Positions 18,774-26,487 of a DNA stretch of 64,000 nucleotides are shown piece after piece (the first letter of the stretch is position 1; each line of letters starts with the position of its first letter). A program made the position numbers and the translations under genes. The notes beneath the pieces are model-generated. The model did no database searches and was not told where the DNA came from. It saw only the letters and a list, made by a program, of their open reading frames with translations. The DNA is from a virus. Where the stretch lies: IMG/VR virus record IMGVR_UViG_3300031473_000068; one strand, written 5' to 3'.

Positions 18774-19601
18774 ATGGCGAGAACTGTAAAAGCAGGACTT
18801 CAATATTTTCCTTTAGACGTTGATTTTTTTAACGATGATAAAATTGAGCTCATATCATCTCAATTCGGCTGTAAGGGAGAAAGTATTGCTATACGGCTGC
18901 TTTGCTTAGTATACCGCAACGGATATTACTACCAATGGGGACAAGATGAAAGCTTATTATTTGCGAAACGTGTGAGTAATGGAATTACTCATGAGTTAGT
19001 GAATGACGTAGTAAATGGATTGATTAAACGTGCTTTTTTTGACAAAAGTATTTTTGATTCGTTCGGCATCCTCACATCCAGGGGTATCCAAAAGAGGTAT
19101 ATCGAAGCCAAAGACCGGGCCAAGGAAGTCGTTTTTTTTGAAGAATTGCTTTTAATTGACAATAATGAAGCATTAAAGAACAATAATGTAACATTTATAT
19201 CAATAAATGATAACATTTGTACACAAAGAAAAGAAAAGAAAAGAAAAGAAGAGAAAAGTAAAGTAAAGGCTTCGCCAGATGATGCTGCAATAATTTTTCC
19301 TTTTGAATCTGAAAGCTTTAAAATACAGTGGCAGCATTGGAAGGAATACAAGCAAAAAGAACACCGGTTTAGTTACAAATCTCCTCAATCAGAACAGGCA
19401 TCACTTTACGATTTATCTAAAATTTCCAGCGGTGTTGAACAAACAGCCACGGAAATTATTCATCAAAGCATGGCGAATGGATGGAAAGGATTTTTTGAAC
19501 TCAAAAAAGACAAAAATGGAAAAAAACAACCAGCTTCAGAGGTATCAACCCAATCAGCATTCGATAAAATTGATAGGCACTTTACTAAAAATGGAGGTTG
19601 A
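18774..19601 (+). CDS. Replication initiator/replisome organizer (DUF4373/Lin1244-like)
   Basis: MARxxKxGLQYFPLDVDFFNDDKI...GILTSRGIQKRY; KEKKRKEEKSK linker. Confidence 0.85.
   Translation: MARTVKAGLQYFPLDVDFFNDDKIELISSQFGCKGESIAIRLLCLVYRNGYYYQWGQDESLLFAKRVSNGITHELVNDVVNGLIKRAFFDKSIFDSFGILTSRGIQKRYIEAKDRAKEVVFFEELLLIDNNEALKNNNVTFISINDNICTQRKEKKRKEEKSKVKASPDDAAIIFPFESESFKIQWQHWKEYKQKEHRFSYKSPQSEQASLYDLSKISSGVEQTATEIIHQSMANGWKGFFELKKDKNGKKQPASEVSTQSAFDKIDRHFTKNGG
19225..19258 (+). repeat. AAAAG tandem repeats in initiator gene (candidate ori/iteron tract)
   Basis: AAAGAAAAGAAAAGAAAAGAAAAGAAGAGAAAAG. Confidence 0.5.
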
Positions 19602-20157
19602 AAAAATTGATGGAAAAATGGAGTTGGTTGAAATTACAAGCCAACTGATGCCAAAAGGAATCCCAAAATTTTTAGACGTGGTAAAGTACCCCAAAATTGA
19701 AAATTTATTACCGGAATTAGGAAAATCAAAAATGCTGAAAGTTCTTTTCCTTATGATCAAAGACTTCTGTAACTCTATTAACGTTGTTCGCAACATGAAT
19801 GAAGACCAGATGATTGAAGGTGCGGCAATGCTTCTGGATGAATGTAGAAATTTTAGGCTTGAAGATTATGTGATGATGTTTTCAATGGCAAAGCGTGGTG
19901 ACCTGGTTGACATCCGGGACCGGATTGACATTCAAATGCTTTCCCAGATGATGGATCACTACTGGAATCGAAGGAATGTTGCAGCGGAAAGTGTGATATC
20001 TGGCGAGTTGAACCATTTAGAAAGCCTGGGAAACACCTCAAAACAAATAGAAAATTTTCATCCGCAAGACGCCAGGCTTATAAAATCCCTGGATAAGATT
20101 ACTGCCGCTTTTGAGGGTTGGAAAGAAATTGTAAAACCGGAATTACAAAGCCAATGA
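19516..20157 (+). CDS. Hypothetical protein, possible helicase loader
   Basis: Follows the initiator gene; likely start MEKNNQL. Function inferred from position only. Confidence 0.55.
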   Translation: MEKNNQLQRYQPNQHSIKLIGTLLKMEVEKIDGKMELVEITSQLMPKGIPKFLDVVKYPKIENLLPELGKSKMLKVLFLMIKDFCNSINVVRNMNEDQMIEGAAMLLDECRNFRLEDYVMMFSMAKRGDLVDIRDRIDIQMLSQMMDHYWNRRNVAAESVISGELNHLESLGNTSKQIENFHPQDARLIKSLDKITAAFEGWKEIVKPELQSQ

Positions 20158-20245
20158 AAGCGGTTATAAAAATTTGTTTGTGAAACAATGAACAACTTGA
20201 TCTATAGATAAACAAGTTTTTTGTTCAGGTGTAAAATCAACGAAA

Positions 20246-21073
20246 ATGATATATAGAGACCACTTCCAAAATTACAAGAGGCACAATATACCAAAAGCTC
20301 AACTTATCATTGCTGATATACCTTACAACCTTGGAAACCATGCCTATGCTTCAAGCCCTGCTTGGTATAAAGATGGAGATAATAGTAATGGAGAAAGTGC
20401 TTTAGCTGGTAAAAGTTTTTTTGATACTGATGAAGATTTTAGACCTGCCGAATTTATGCACTTTTGCAGCACAATGCTAAAGGCTGAAACTAAAACAAAA
20501 AAAGTTGAAGGTGAAGCAAGGCAAAAGGGAGATGCACCTTGTATGATTATATTTTGTGCTTTTGATCAACAAATGTATTTAATAGAATTAGCAAAAAGAT
20601 ACGGTTTGAATAATTACATAAACTTGGTTTTCCGTAAAAACTTTTCCGCACAAGTCTTAAAAGCAAATATGAAAATAGTTGGTAACTGTGAATATGGATT
20701 GGTTCTTTATCGTGATAGATTGCCAAAGTTTAGAAATAATGGCAAAATGATTTTTAATTGTATTGACTGGCCGAAAGATAATGACATCGAAAAGATACAC
20801 CCCACGCAAAAACCTGTTGAACTTTTAAAAAAGCTTATTGAAATATTTACAGATGAAGGAGACGTTGTAATTGATCCTGTGGCTGGTAGTGGTTCAACTT
20901 TGATAGCTGCTGAAAGAATTAATAGAAAAGGGTTTGGATTTGAAATAAAGAAAGAGTTTTTTACAAAAGCAAATATTTGGTTAGCGGAAGAAAAGCTAAT
21001 AAAAAAAGAAATAAAGGAACTTGGTTTTGCAAAGACTAAACTAAATAAGATTGCCCCTACGCTATGGTCTTAA
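20246..21073 (+). CDS. Amino (N6-adenine/N4-cytosine) DNA methyltransferase, beta class
   Basis: DIPY (motif IV variant), HPTQKP, DPVAGSGST (motif I). Confidence 0.88.
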   Translation: MIYRDHFQNYKRHNIPKAQLIIADIPYNLGNHAYASSPAWYKDGDNSNGESALAGKSFFDTDEDFRPAEFMHFCSTMLKAETKTKKVEGEARQKGDAPCMIIFCAFDQQMYLIELAKRYGLNNYINLVFRKNFSAQVLKANMKIVGNCEYGLVLYRDRLPKFRNNGKMIFNCIDWPKDNDIEKIHPTQKPVELLKKLIEIFTDEGDVVIDPVAGSGSTLIAAERINRKGFGFEIKKEFFTKANIWLAEEKLIKKEIKELGFAKTKLNKIAPTLWS

Positions 21074-21110
21074 ATGAACGTTGGTAACAATTATAGCTAA
21101 TCCGTCAAAC

Positions 21111-21287
21111 ATGAAAACCTGTATAACCTGCCCGCCTAATGAAGCTTTGAAGCCCTTAACCGATTTCTATATTGATCGCAGCTTTTTTGATAACAGGTCC
21201 AATGTCTGTAAACACTGTACTATCAAAAAGAAAAAGAAATTGTACCGGGATAAAAAGGCAGAGCGGGAAAAGTTTGCGATTATATAA
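21111..21287 (+). CDS. Small CxxC...CxxC protein
   Basis: CITC and CKHC; stop codon lies in the first attC-like inverse core. Confidence 0.6.
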   Translation: MKTCITCPPNEALKPLTDFYIDRSFFDNRSNVCKHCTIKKKKKLYRDKKAEREKFAII

Positions 21288-21417
21288 CGCTCGGCCCGCT
21301 TTGCGATGTGGCGGTATTTGAAAAACATCTGCTCCAAATTTATTCATAACTAAAATAGAATTACAAATGTCACAAACAACTACTTCCGCTGACATATTGC
21401 AAAACGGCATGTTAGCA
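21282..21417 (+). repeat. attC-like site 0
   Basis: ATATAAC...CCGCTTTGCGATGT/ACATATTGCAAAACGG...GTTAGCA. Confidence 0.75.
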
Positions 21418-22089
21418 GAAGCCTTAGTCCACCCGATATTATTTTCAAGTCAAATGGTACAGGCAATTTTACGAGGGAATAAAAGTCAGACGAGACGGGA
21501 GATAAAAGGCTGCAACGATTTTTCACACTCTAAATTAGTTATAGACCCTGAACTATGTGGCGAAGATAAAAACGGGGATATATACCCACTATTATCTAAA
21601 GGACTGCACGTTGATTTTGATTTCGGGGAATGGGTTGTAAAATGTCCTTATGGAAATGTTGGCGATATTCTTTGGGTTAGGGAAACATGGGCAGATAACA
21701 CTGCTTACTTTTTGTATAAAGCAAGTTGTGATAGTGACTTTTATGTTGATGAAAATTACCAAGAAACAAAGGAAAAAATTAAATGGAAGCCTTCGATATT
21801 CATGCCGAAAAAAGCCTGTCGGTTGTTTTTGAAAATTGCTGATATAAAGGTTCAACAATTAAATGATATATCAAACTGGGATGCAATGCAAGAGGGGGCT
21901 TTAATGTCCGATATACCAAAAAAAATATTGTCTAATGAAAATATGGCTAAGAAAATATCACAGAATGGTTTCAAGGTAGCTTTTAGATATGTGTGGGAAA
22001 AAATAAACGGCAAAGACAGTTGGGATAACAACCCGTGCGTATGGGCAATAAGTTTTCAAAAATGTGAACGCCCAAAAGGTTTCTGCTAA
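21367..22089 (+). CDS. ASCH-like/morphogenetic phage protein (cassette A gene)
   Basis: PILFSxxMVQAILxGxKSQTRR, CPYGxxGDxLWVRETW, WKPSIFMP, WDxNPxVW motifs. Confidence 0.75.
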   Translation: MSQTTTSADILQNGMLAEALVHPILFSSQMVQAILRGNKSQTRREIKGCNDFSHSKLVIDPELCGEDKNGDIYPLLSKGLHVDFDFGEWVVKCPYGNVGDILWVRETWADNTAYFLYKASCDSDFYVDENYQETKEKIKWKPSIFMPKKACRLFLKIADIKVQQLNDISNWDAMQEGALMSDIPKKILSNENMAKKISQNGFKVAFRYVWEKINGKDSWDNNPCVWAISFQKCERPKGFC

Positions 22090-22277
22090 CGTTTTAGGGC
22101 TTGGCGAAGAATGGGAATTTGAAATTCGTCCGCCCGGAACAAATGATGATTGAAAAACCAAAAGATGAAGATAACAACAAAAAGCTAAATAGATAATGTC
22201 AAAGCCGGATATACAGCCGAATAGAATTAATGATGTTGAGGATATTTACGTCCGCCCATTTTTTGCCAAACCCAATG
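21412..22277 (+). mobile_element. Integron-like gene cassette A (866 bp)
   Basis: Left end GTTAGCAGAAGCC is complementary to its own inverse core GGTTTCTGCTAAC (12/13). Confidence 0.75.
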
Positions 22278-22283
22278 TTAGCA
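22084..22283 (+). repeat. attC-like site 1
   Basis: TGCTAAC...GGGCTTGGCGAAGAATGGG/CCCATTTTTTGCCAAACCC...GTTAGCA. Confidence 0.8.
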
Positions 22284-22780
22284 GCCGTTGTTTGTCAGTA
22301 GTGCCTTTGAAATTGAAAGAAGCAAACGCATTTGTTGTTAAACATCATCGTCATCATGGGAAGGTTGTCGGTTATCAATTTGCTTTAGGAATTAAATATG
22401 AAAATAAAATTATCGGCGTTGCAATTTGCGGTCGTCCAATTGGAAGATTTTTAGATGACGGAAAGAAGATAGAAGTTCTTCGTCTTTGCATTGTTGAAGG
22501 AATTAAAAACGGCTGTTCAAAACTGTATGCAGCTTGCAGTCGTGTTGCAAAAGAAATGGGCTTTTTAAAAATTATTACTTACACATTACAGTCTGAAAGT
22601 GGTGTGAGTTTGAAAGCAAGTGGATGGCAATTAGAAGAAGAAAATGTCGGCGGTAAAGAATGGAACAGCTCTGTTGGCATCAGTCGCACAAGCGAAGTGT
22701 CTGATTTATTTGGAACTGTTCGCAAATACCCGAATGAAAAAAAGAAACGTTGGTCGAAGTCATTTTACAATGGCTGCTAA
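22196..22780 (+). CDS. XF1762-family (GNAT/Mom-like) protein (cassette B gene)
   Basis: EANAFVxxHHRHH, GVAICGRP, EVxRLC, NGCSKLY, ITYTLxSESGxSLKASGW. Confidence 0.75.
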   Translation: MSKPDIQPNRINDVEDIYVRPFFAKPNVSSRCLSVVPLKLKEANAFVVKHHRHHGKVVGYQFALGIKYENKIIGVAICGRPIGRFLDDGKKIEVLRLCIVEGIKNGCSKLYAACSRVAKEMGFLKIITYTLQSESGVSLKASGWQLEEENVGGKEWNSSVGISRTSEVSDLFGTVRKYPNEKKKRWSKSFYNGC

Positions 22781-22903
22781 CGTTTCAGCATTGCAAAAAG
22801 CAGGGAAATAGGAATACGCCTGCCCGATGCGATTTGTACAAAAGTTCATTAGTATTCCCATTGCTCAAAGCACAACGTCAGCCCTGCTTTTTGCAATGCC
22901 CTG
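22278..22903 (+). mobile_element. Integron-like gene cassette B (626 bp)
   Basis: Left end GTTAGCAGCCGTTG is complementary to CAATGGCTGCTAAC (13/14). Confidence 0.8.
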
Positions 22904-22909
22904 TTAGCG
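22775..22909 (+). repeat. attC-like site 2
   Basis: TGCTAAC, perfect 18-bp stem GCATTGCAAAAAGCAGGG/CCCTGCTTTTTGCAATGC, GTTAGCG. Confidence 0.85.
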
Positions 22910-23368
22910 GCTGTTAAATTTTGTCAATTATGTATGATTACGAAAATCAAGAACACTATGATTATGAAATGAATTGTCAAGCCGAAGCGGAAGCCGAAAT
23001 GGAGGCTATGCAAGCAGATGCAGATGCACAAGATGAACAGGACAAAATAGAGGCAGAAAGGGAAGCGGCTGATATGGAAATTGAGAACATAAATAATCGG
23101 ATTTATCAACTCCAAGACGAGTTAGATGATTTGAGATTTAGAAAACATGAAATTTTACGAAGTGTCCCTTAATAGCCGCTAACGTTCGGCGGCTTGCTGC
23201 TGGTTTTGAATTTAAAAATATAAATATGAGAACAAGAGTTGAATGGGTATCTGCTGCCCAAATTGAAGCAGAAAGACGGGTCAAAATGACGGAAGCTGGA
23301 TATGAAGTTGGGTTTGTTCATGGAGTTGATTGGATGTTCCGTCAGCAAAAATTGCAGCAAACCGGTTG
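22904..23368 (+). mobile_element. Integron-like gene cassette C (465 bp)
   Basis: Left end GTTAGCGGCTGTTAA is complementary to TTAATAGCCGCTAAC (14/15). Confidence 0.8.
22930..23172 (+). CDS. Highly acidic helical protein (cassette C gene)
   Basis: 80 aa with 25 D/E versus 7 K/R by manual count. Confidence 0.7.
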   Translation: MYDYENQEHYDYEMNCQAEAEAEMEAMQADADAQDEQDKIEAEREAADMEIENINNRIYQLQDELDDLRFRKHEILRSVP

Positions 23369-23374
23369 TTCTAA
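23177..23374 (+). repeat. attC-like site 3
   Basis: CGCTAAC...CGGCTTGCTGC/GCAGCAAACCG...GTTCTAA. Confidence 0.75.
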
Positions 23375-23528
23375 GCTGCGGGAATTGTTAGTACAAGAGT
23401 TGAATAGAATTATTGAAGTGACTGCACCTTACACTGAAAGCAGGCATGAAATAGTAAGATTAATTGAATACGGAGCATCTTTGGAAAGGGTTATAGTGCT
23501 GATGGATGCTCTTCCGCCCGTTGCTTAG
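23226..23528 (+). CDS. Hypothetical protein (cassette D gene, start inside attC3)
   Basis: 100-aa ORF with TAG stop inside the inverse core GCTTAGAAC. Confidence 0.6.
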   Translation: MRTRVEWVSAAQIEAERRVKMTEAGYEVGFVHGVDWMFRQQKLQQTGCSKLRELLVQELNRIIEVTAPYTESRHEIVRLIEYGASLERVIVLMDALPPVA

Positions 23529-23531
23529 AAC
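23369..23531 (+). mobile_element. Integron-like gene cassette D (its attC truncated after the inverse core)
   Basis: Left end GTTCTAAGCTGCGGG is complementary to CCCGTTGCTTAGAAC (13/15); no downstream stem found. Confidence 0.65.
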
Positions 23532-23748
23532 TAGTTAATATAAGACACTATGAACATTCAACTCATTGAAAAACAAAAGAAAAAATATAGGCTAAATATT
23601 AATGGCAACGATTGCTTTATTTATACCACTTGATTTATTTATAACGGGACTATTTCCTGTAAAAAAGATGTGAGGTTAATGGCTCACTTGGTTGGTATGT
23701 TAACAGAAAGTTCATTAGTTATAATAAAATAAAGAAGGCAATAAGAAA

Positions 23749-24159
23749 ATGAGTAATAATCTTCAGTGGCTTGAAACTATAAAAAATTCCCCTGTAGCAG
23801 CAAGAAATAAGCATTTGATTGCTGAAAAGAAGCCAAAGAAGTCAAAATATCATTCTCAAAAAATAGATGCCGATGGATTAACCTTTGACAGCAAGAAAGA
23901 ATATAAACGCTACAGGGAATTAAAGTTACTTCTTAAGGTGGGCGAGATAGGATTTTTAGCAAGGCAGGTAGAATATACGTTTCAAATAAAGGGCGGTAAG
24001 ATAGCTTCTTATTTTGCTGACCTTGTTTATACTGATGTAAAAACGGGTCAGATAATAGTAGAGGATGTAAAGAGTGAAGTGACACGGACTCTTCCGGTGT
24101 ACAGATTGAAACGTAAGCTTATGTGGCTTCAACATCGCATTAAGATAAGGGAGGTTTAA
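23749..24159 (+). CDS. DUF1064-family putative endonuclease
   Basis: FDSKKEYKRY...RQVEY...YxADxVY...VEDVKS...YRLKRKLM. Confidence 0.8.
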   Translation: MSNNLQWLETIKNSPVAARNKHLIAEKKPKKSKYHSQKIDADGLTFDSKKEYKRYRELKLLLKVGEIGFLARQVEYTFQIKGGKIASYFADLVYTDVKTGQIIVEDVKSEVTRTLPVYRLKRKLMWLQHRIKIREV

Positions 24160-24195
24160 TGTTTCAATTATTTAAAAACTTTAAAAGTAAAAATA

Positions 24196-24594
24196 ATGTT
24201 TGAAGTAAACTTAAAGTATCAAAAAACAGTAACGATGGTTACTGAAATATGTTGCAACTGTGGTATTGCATTTGGTATACCCTCTGACCTGCAAGAGCAT
24301 TTACAAAATGACCCGTCAAAATCATTCTATTGCCCCAATGGTCACGGACAACATTATTCAAAGAGTAAGGAAGTAAGATTGCGGGAAGAAGCCGAAAGAA
24401 AGTTGAAGCAGAAGGAAAACGAAATGGCAAACCTTGCAGCTACTAAAATTCAAATTGAAGAACAATTGAAAAAGTCAGAGCATAAACTAAAGCGGTTAAC
24501 TAACGGCGTTTGTCCATGCTGTAACCGTTCGTTTCCTAATTTGCAACAGCACTTAAAAAAGATGCACCCAGAGGTTGTGTCTAAAGGAAGGTAA
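24196..24594 (+). CDS. Zinc-binding protein with C-terminal C2H2-like finger
   Basis: CCNCG, CPNGH, CPCCNRSFPNLQQHLKKMH. Confidence 0.75.
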   Translation: MFEVNLKYQKTVTMVTEICCNCGIAFGIPSDLQEHLQNDPSKSFYCPNGHGQHYSKSKEVRLREEAERKLKQKENEMANLAATKIQIEEQLKKSEHKLKRLTNGVCPCCNRSFPNLQQHLKKMHPEVVSKGR

Positions 24595-24635
24595 CATGGT
24601 TTTGTAGCCGGTAATACAAACAATAATTATGACTA

Positions 24636-24845
24636 ATGGACATAAATTGGCAAAACGATATTGTAGATCAGTTGATTAAAAAAGAGCCAAACAGCACTGT
24701 TAAGGATTATATTATTGTGCTTAATGAAATTGTTAAGGTTGAGTATGCCACTATACTTGCTTCATACACTTCAAAAGAAATTACTGACTATGGAGTGAGG
24801 CTGACAAAAAATTACCGTGAAAGCATAAGAGAGATTGTTTGTTAA
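24636..24845 (+). CDS. Hypothetical protein
   Basis: 69-aa ORF. Confidence 0.55.
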   Translation: MDINWQNDIVDQLIKKEPNSTVKDYIIVLNEIVKVEYATILASYTSKEITDYGVRLTKNYRESIREIVC

Positions 24846-24963
24846 AAATATTATCAAATAGTTATACTTTTGATAATGGAACTATTACTCAAACTGCTTC
24901 AGGTCGCTGCAATATTTTTAATTGTAATTCTATTTCTAATTTTGATGTCAAAAATATTTTAGA

Positions 24964-25185
24964 ATGAATCAGGATAAAAAGTTAGTCGCTCACCGGCAAG
25001 ATCACCAGCGGGAAGTAAAATATATCGCTGACCGATACAAGATACCTTTTGAGAAAGTAGAGGAAGCAATGCTGTTGGCAGGAAAAAATGGCAAGTATGG
25101 ACGCAGCAGGACTAAGATTTATGAGAACCTCAGGGAGATGGGTTTTAAGGTTGGGGGTAAGAAGGTGCCGGATAAAGTGATTTAA
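24964..25185 (+). CDS. DUF3606-like small protein
   Basis: REVKYIADRYKIP...AMLLAG...SRTKIYENL pattern. Confidence 0.55.
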   Translation: MNQDKKLVAHRQDHQREVKYIADRYKIPFEKVEEAMLLAGKNGKYGRSRTKIYENLREMGFKVGGKKVPDKVI

Positions 25186-25229
25186 CTAAAAAGCTTTCAC
25201 GCTATGTGATTAGAGACATGAAACAAAAC

Positions 25230-25246
25230 TGATAATGTTATTATCA
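25230..25246. promoter_or_regulatory. Perfect 17-bp palindrome TGATAAT-GTT-ATTATCA (operator candidate)
   Basis: Directly upstream of the gene preceding terS. Confidence 0.45.
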
Positions 25247-25265
25247 AAAAGTTTTAATTTTGGAA

Positions 25266-25772
25266 ATGCTAAAGCCTGGCACTTGCGTTAAAATTGTTGA
25301 GTATTTAAAAAAGGAGCAGCCTTTGCTCATAAAAGATGCGGCAAAGCAGGTTGAAAAGATTGAGCCGCACTATCATTATTTTGGAAGAACGCTTTGCAAA
25401 ATATTTGGCGTTTTCTTAGAGCGACGCAACATTACAGAAGAATATATACAGGGCGTTAATATACCACGACAGGCAGTTGCAGAAAGGACTTTATTTATTG
25501 CAGTGGTACTATGGCTTTATTCTCCTGCCGTTTTCAATACTAAGGTTAGCTATAATGTAGAGGATGGCGTAAGGCATGAACTCGAAGGGATCCTTCTTTG
25601 TAATGAATCATGGATCAGTCAGCAGGTCTCCACAATAACTTCTTATTATAACAGCAATTACCAGGAATTCCGGGATATGGTTAACAGCTTGCTGGAATTT
25701 ATAAAGGCAGAAGTTAATGAGAAGAAAGTTATCGAAACCGAGCCTAAACCGGAAATAATATTGTTTCAATAA
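25266..25772 (+). CDS. Hypothetical protein, possible late-gene regulator
   Basis: Position immediately before terS; function inferred from position only. Confidence 0.55.
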   Translation: MLKPGTCVKIVEYLKKEQPLLIKDAAKQVEKIEPHYHYFGRTLCKIFGVFLERRNITEEYIQGVNIPRQAVAERTLFIAVVLWLYSPAVFNTKVSYNVEDGVRHELEGILLCNESWISQQVSTITSYYNSNYQEFRDMVNSLLEFIKAEVNEKKVIETEPKPEIILFQ

Positions 25773-25814
25773 AGTATTGTCAACATACCATAAAAAATAA
25801 AAACAAAACCATCA

Positions 25815-26342
25815 TTGGCAGCACCTAAAAATAATCAGTTTTGGAAATTAAGAAATAAGCACGGCAGAGAGAAATTATTTGCTTCGTCTCAATTATTATG
25901 GGTTGCTGCTACTGAATATTTCCAATGGTGCGACAATCATCCGTGGGAGAAAGTAGAGCAGGCCAAATTAGCCGCGAGACCTCACGTTGATGATAAAGGC
26001 AAGGTTACATTTCCAGATAGCATAATAAGGATGCCTACTCAACGGCCTTACACTTTAACTGGTTTATGCCTTTATTTAGATTGTAATACAGGGTATTTCA
26101 GGGACTTTAAAGGAAAGGCAACACAAGATTTTTCCTCGGTCATTACGCGTATAGAGGAAACTATATACACTCAGAAGTTTGAAGGCGCTGCTGTCGGAGC
26201 TTTTAATGCTAACATCATCGCAAGGGATTTAGGACTAAGAGAGAAAGTTGACGCTAATAATACAAACTACAACTACAACTACACCGAGATGACTCCGGAA
26301 GAAGTCAAAAAGTATAATGAGATATTGGAAAGCGAAGTATGA
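25815..26342 (+). CDS. terS: Terminase small subunit (P22 gp3-like)
   Basis: AAPKxNQFW, RPYTLTGLCLYL, GAAVGAFNANIIARDLGL; TTG start. Confidence 0.88.
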   Translation: MAAPKNNQFWKLRNKHGREKLFASSQLLWVAATEYFQWCDNHPWEKVEQAKLAARPHVDDKGKVTFPDSIIRMPTQRPYTLTGLCLYLDCNTGYFRDFKGKATQDFSSVITRIEETIYTQKFEGAAVGAFNANIIARDLGLREKVDANNTNYNYNYTEMTPEEVKKYNEILESEV

Positions 26343-26487
26343 CAAAAAGAAACGTTTTATATTTTAAAAAGAAGAATGCTCCTATGGATAGAATTAAGTT
26401 GCTCAAGAAACTTAGAGAGGTAAAAGACCCGATTAAAAAAAGACAGTTGCTTATAATTGTTACGAGGCATGGAAATAGATATAATTT

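Noticed and set aside
20163-21411. A fifth cassette containing the methyltransferase (GTTATAA at 20163, or the 39-bp TGAAC...GTTCA hairpin at 20189-20227, as left ends)
   Set aside because: End complementarity is only 8/11 or 5 bp, the hairpin is too short for an attC, and no stem follows the AAC after the MTase stop.
21282-23531. CRISPR array
   Set aside because: The repeats share structure but not sequence, the spacers are whole genes, and there are no cas genes.
23532-23748. Complete attC after cassette D
   Set aside because: The inverse core is present but I found no matching stem and GTT core downstream; treated as truncated.
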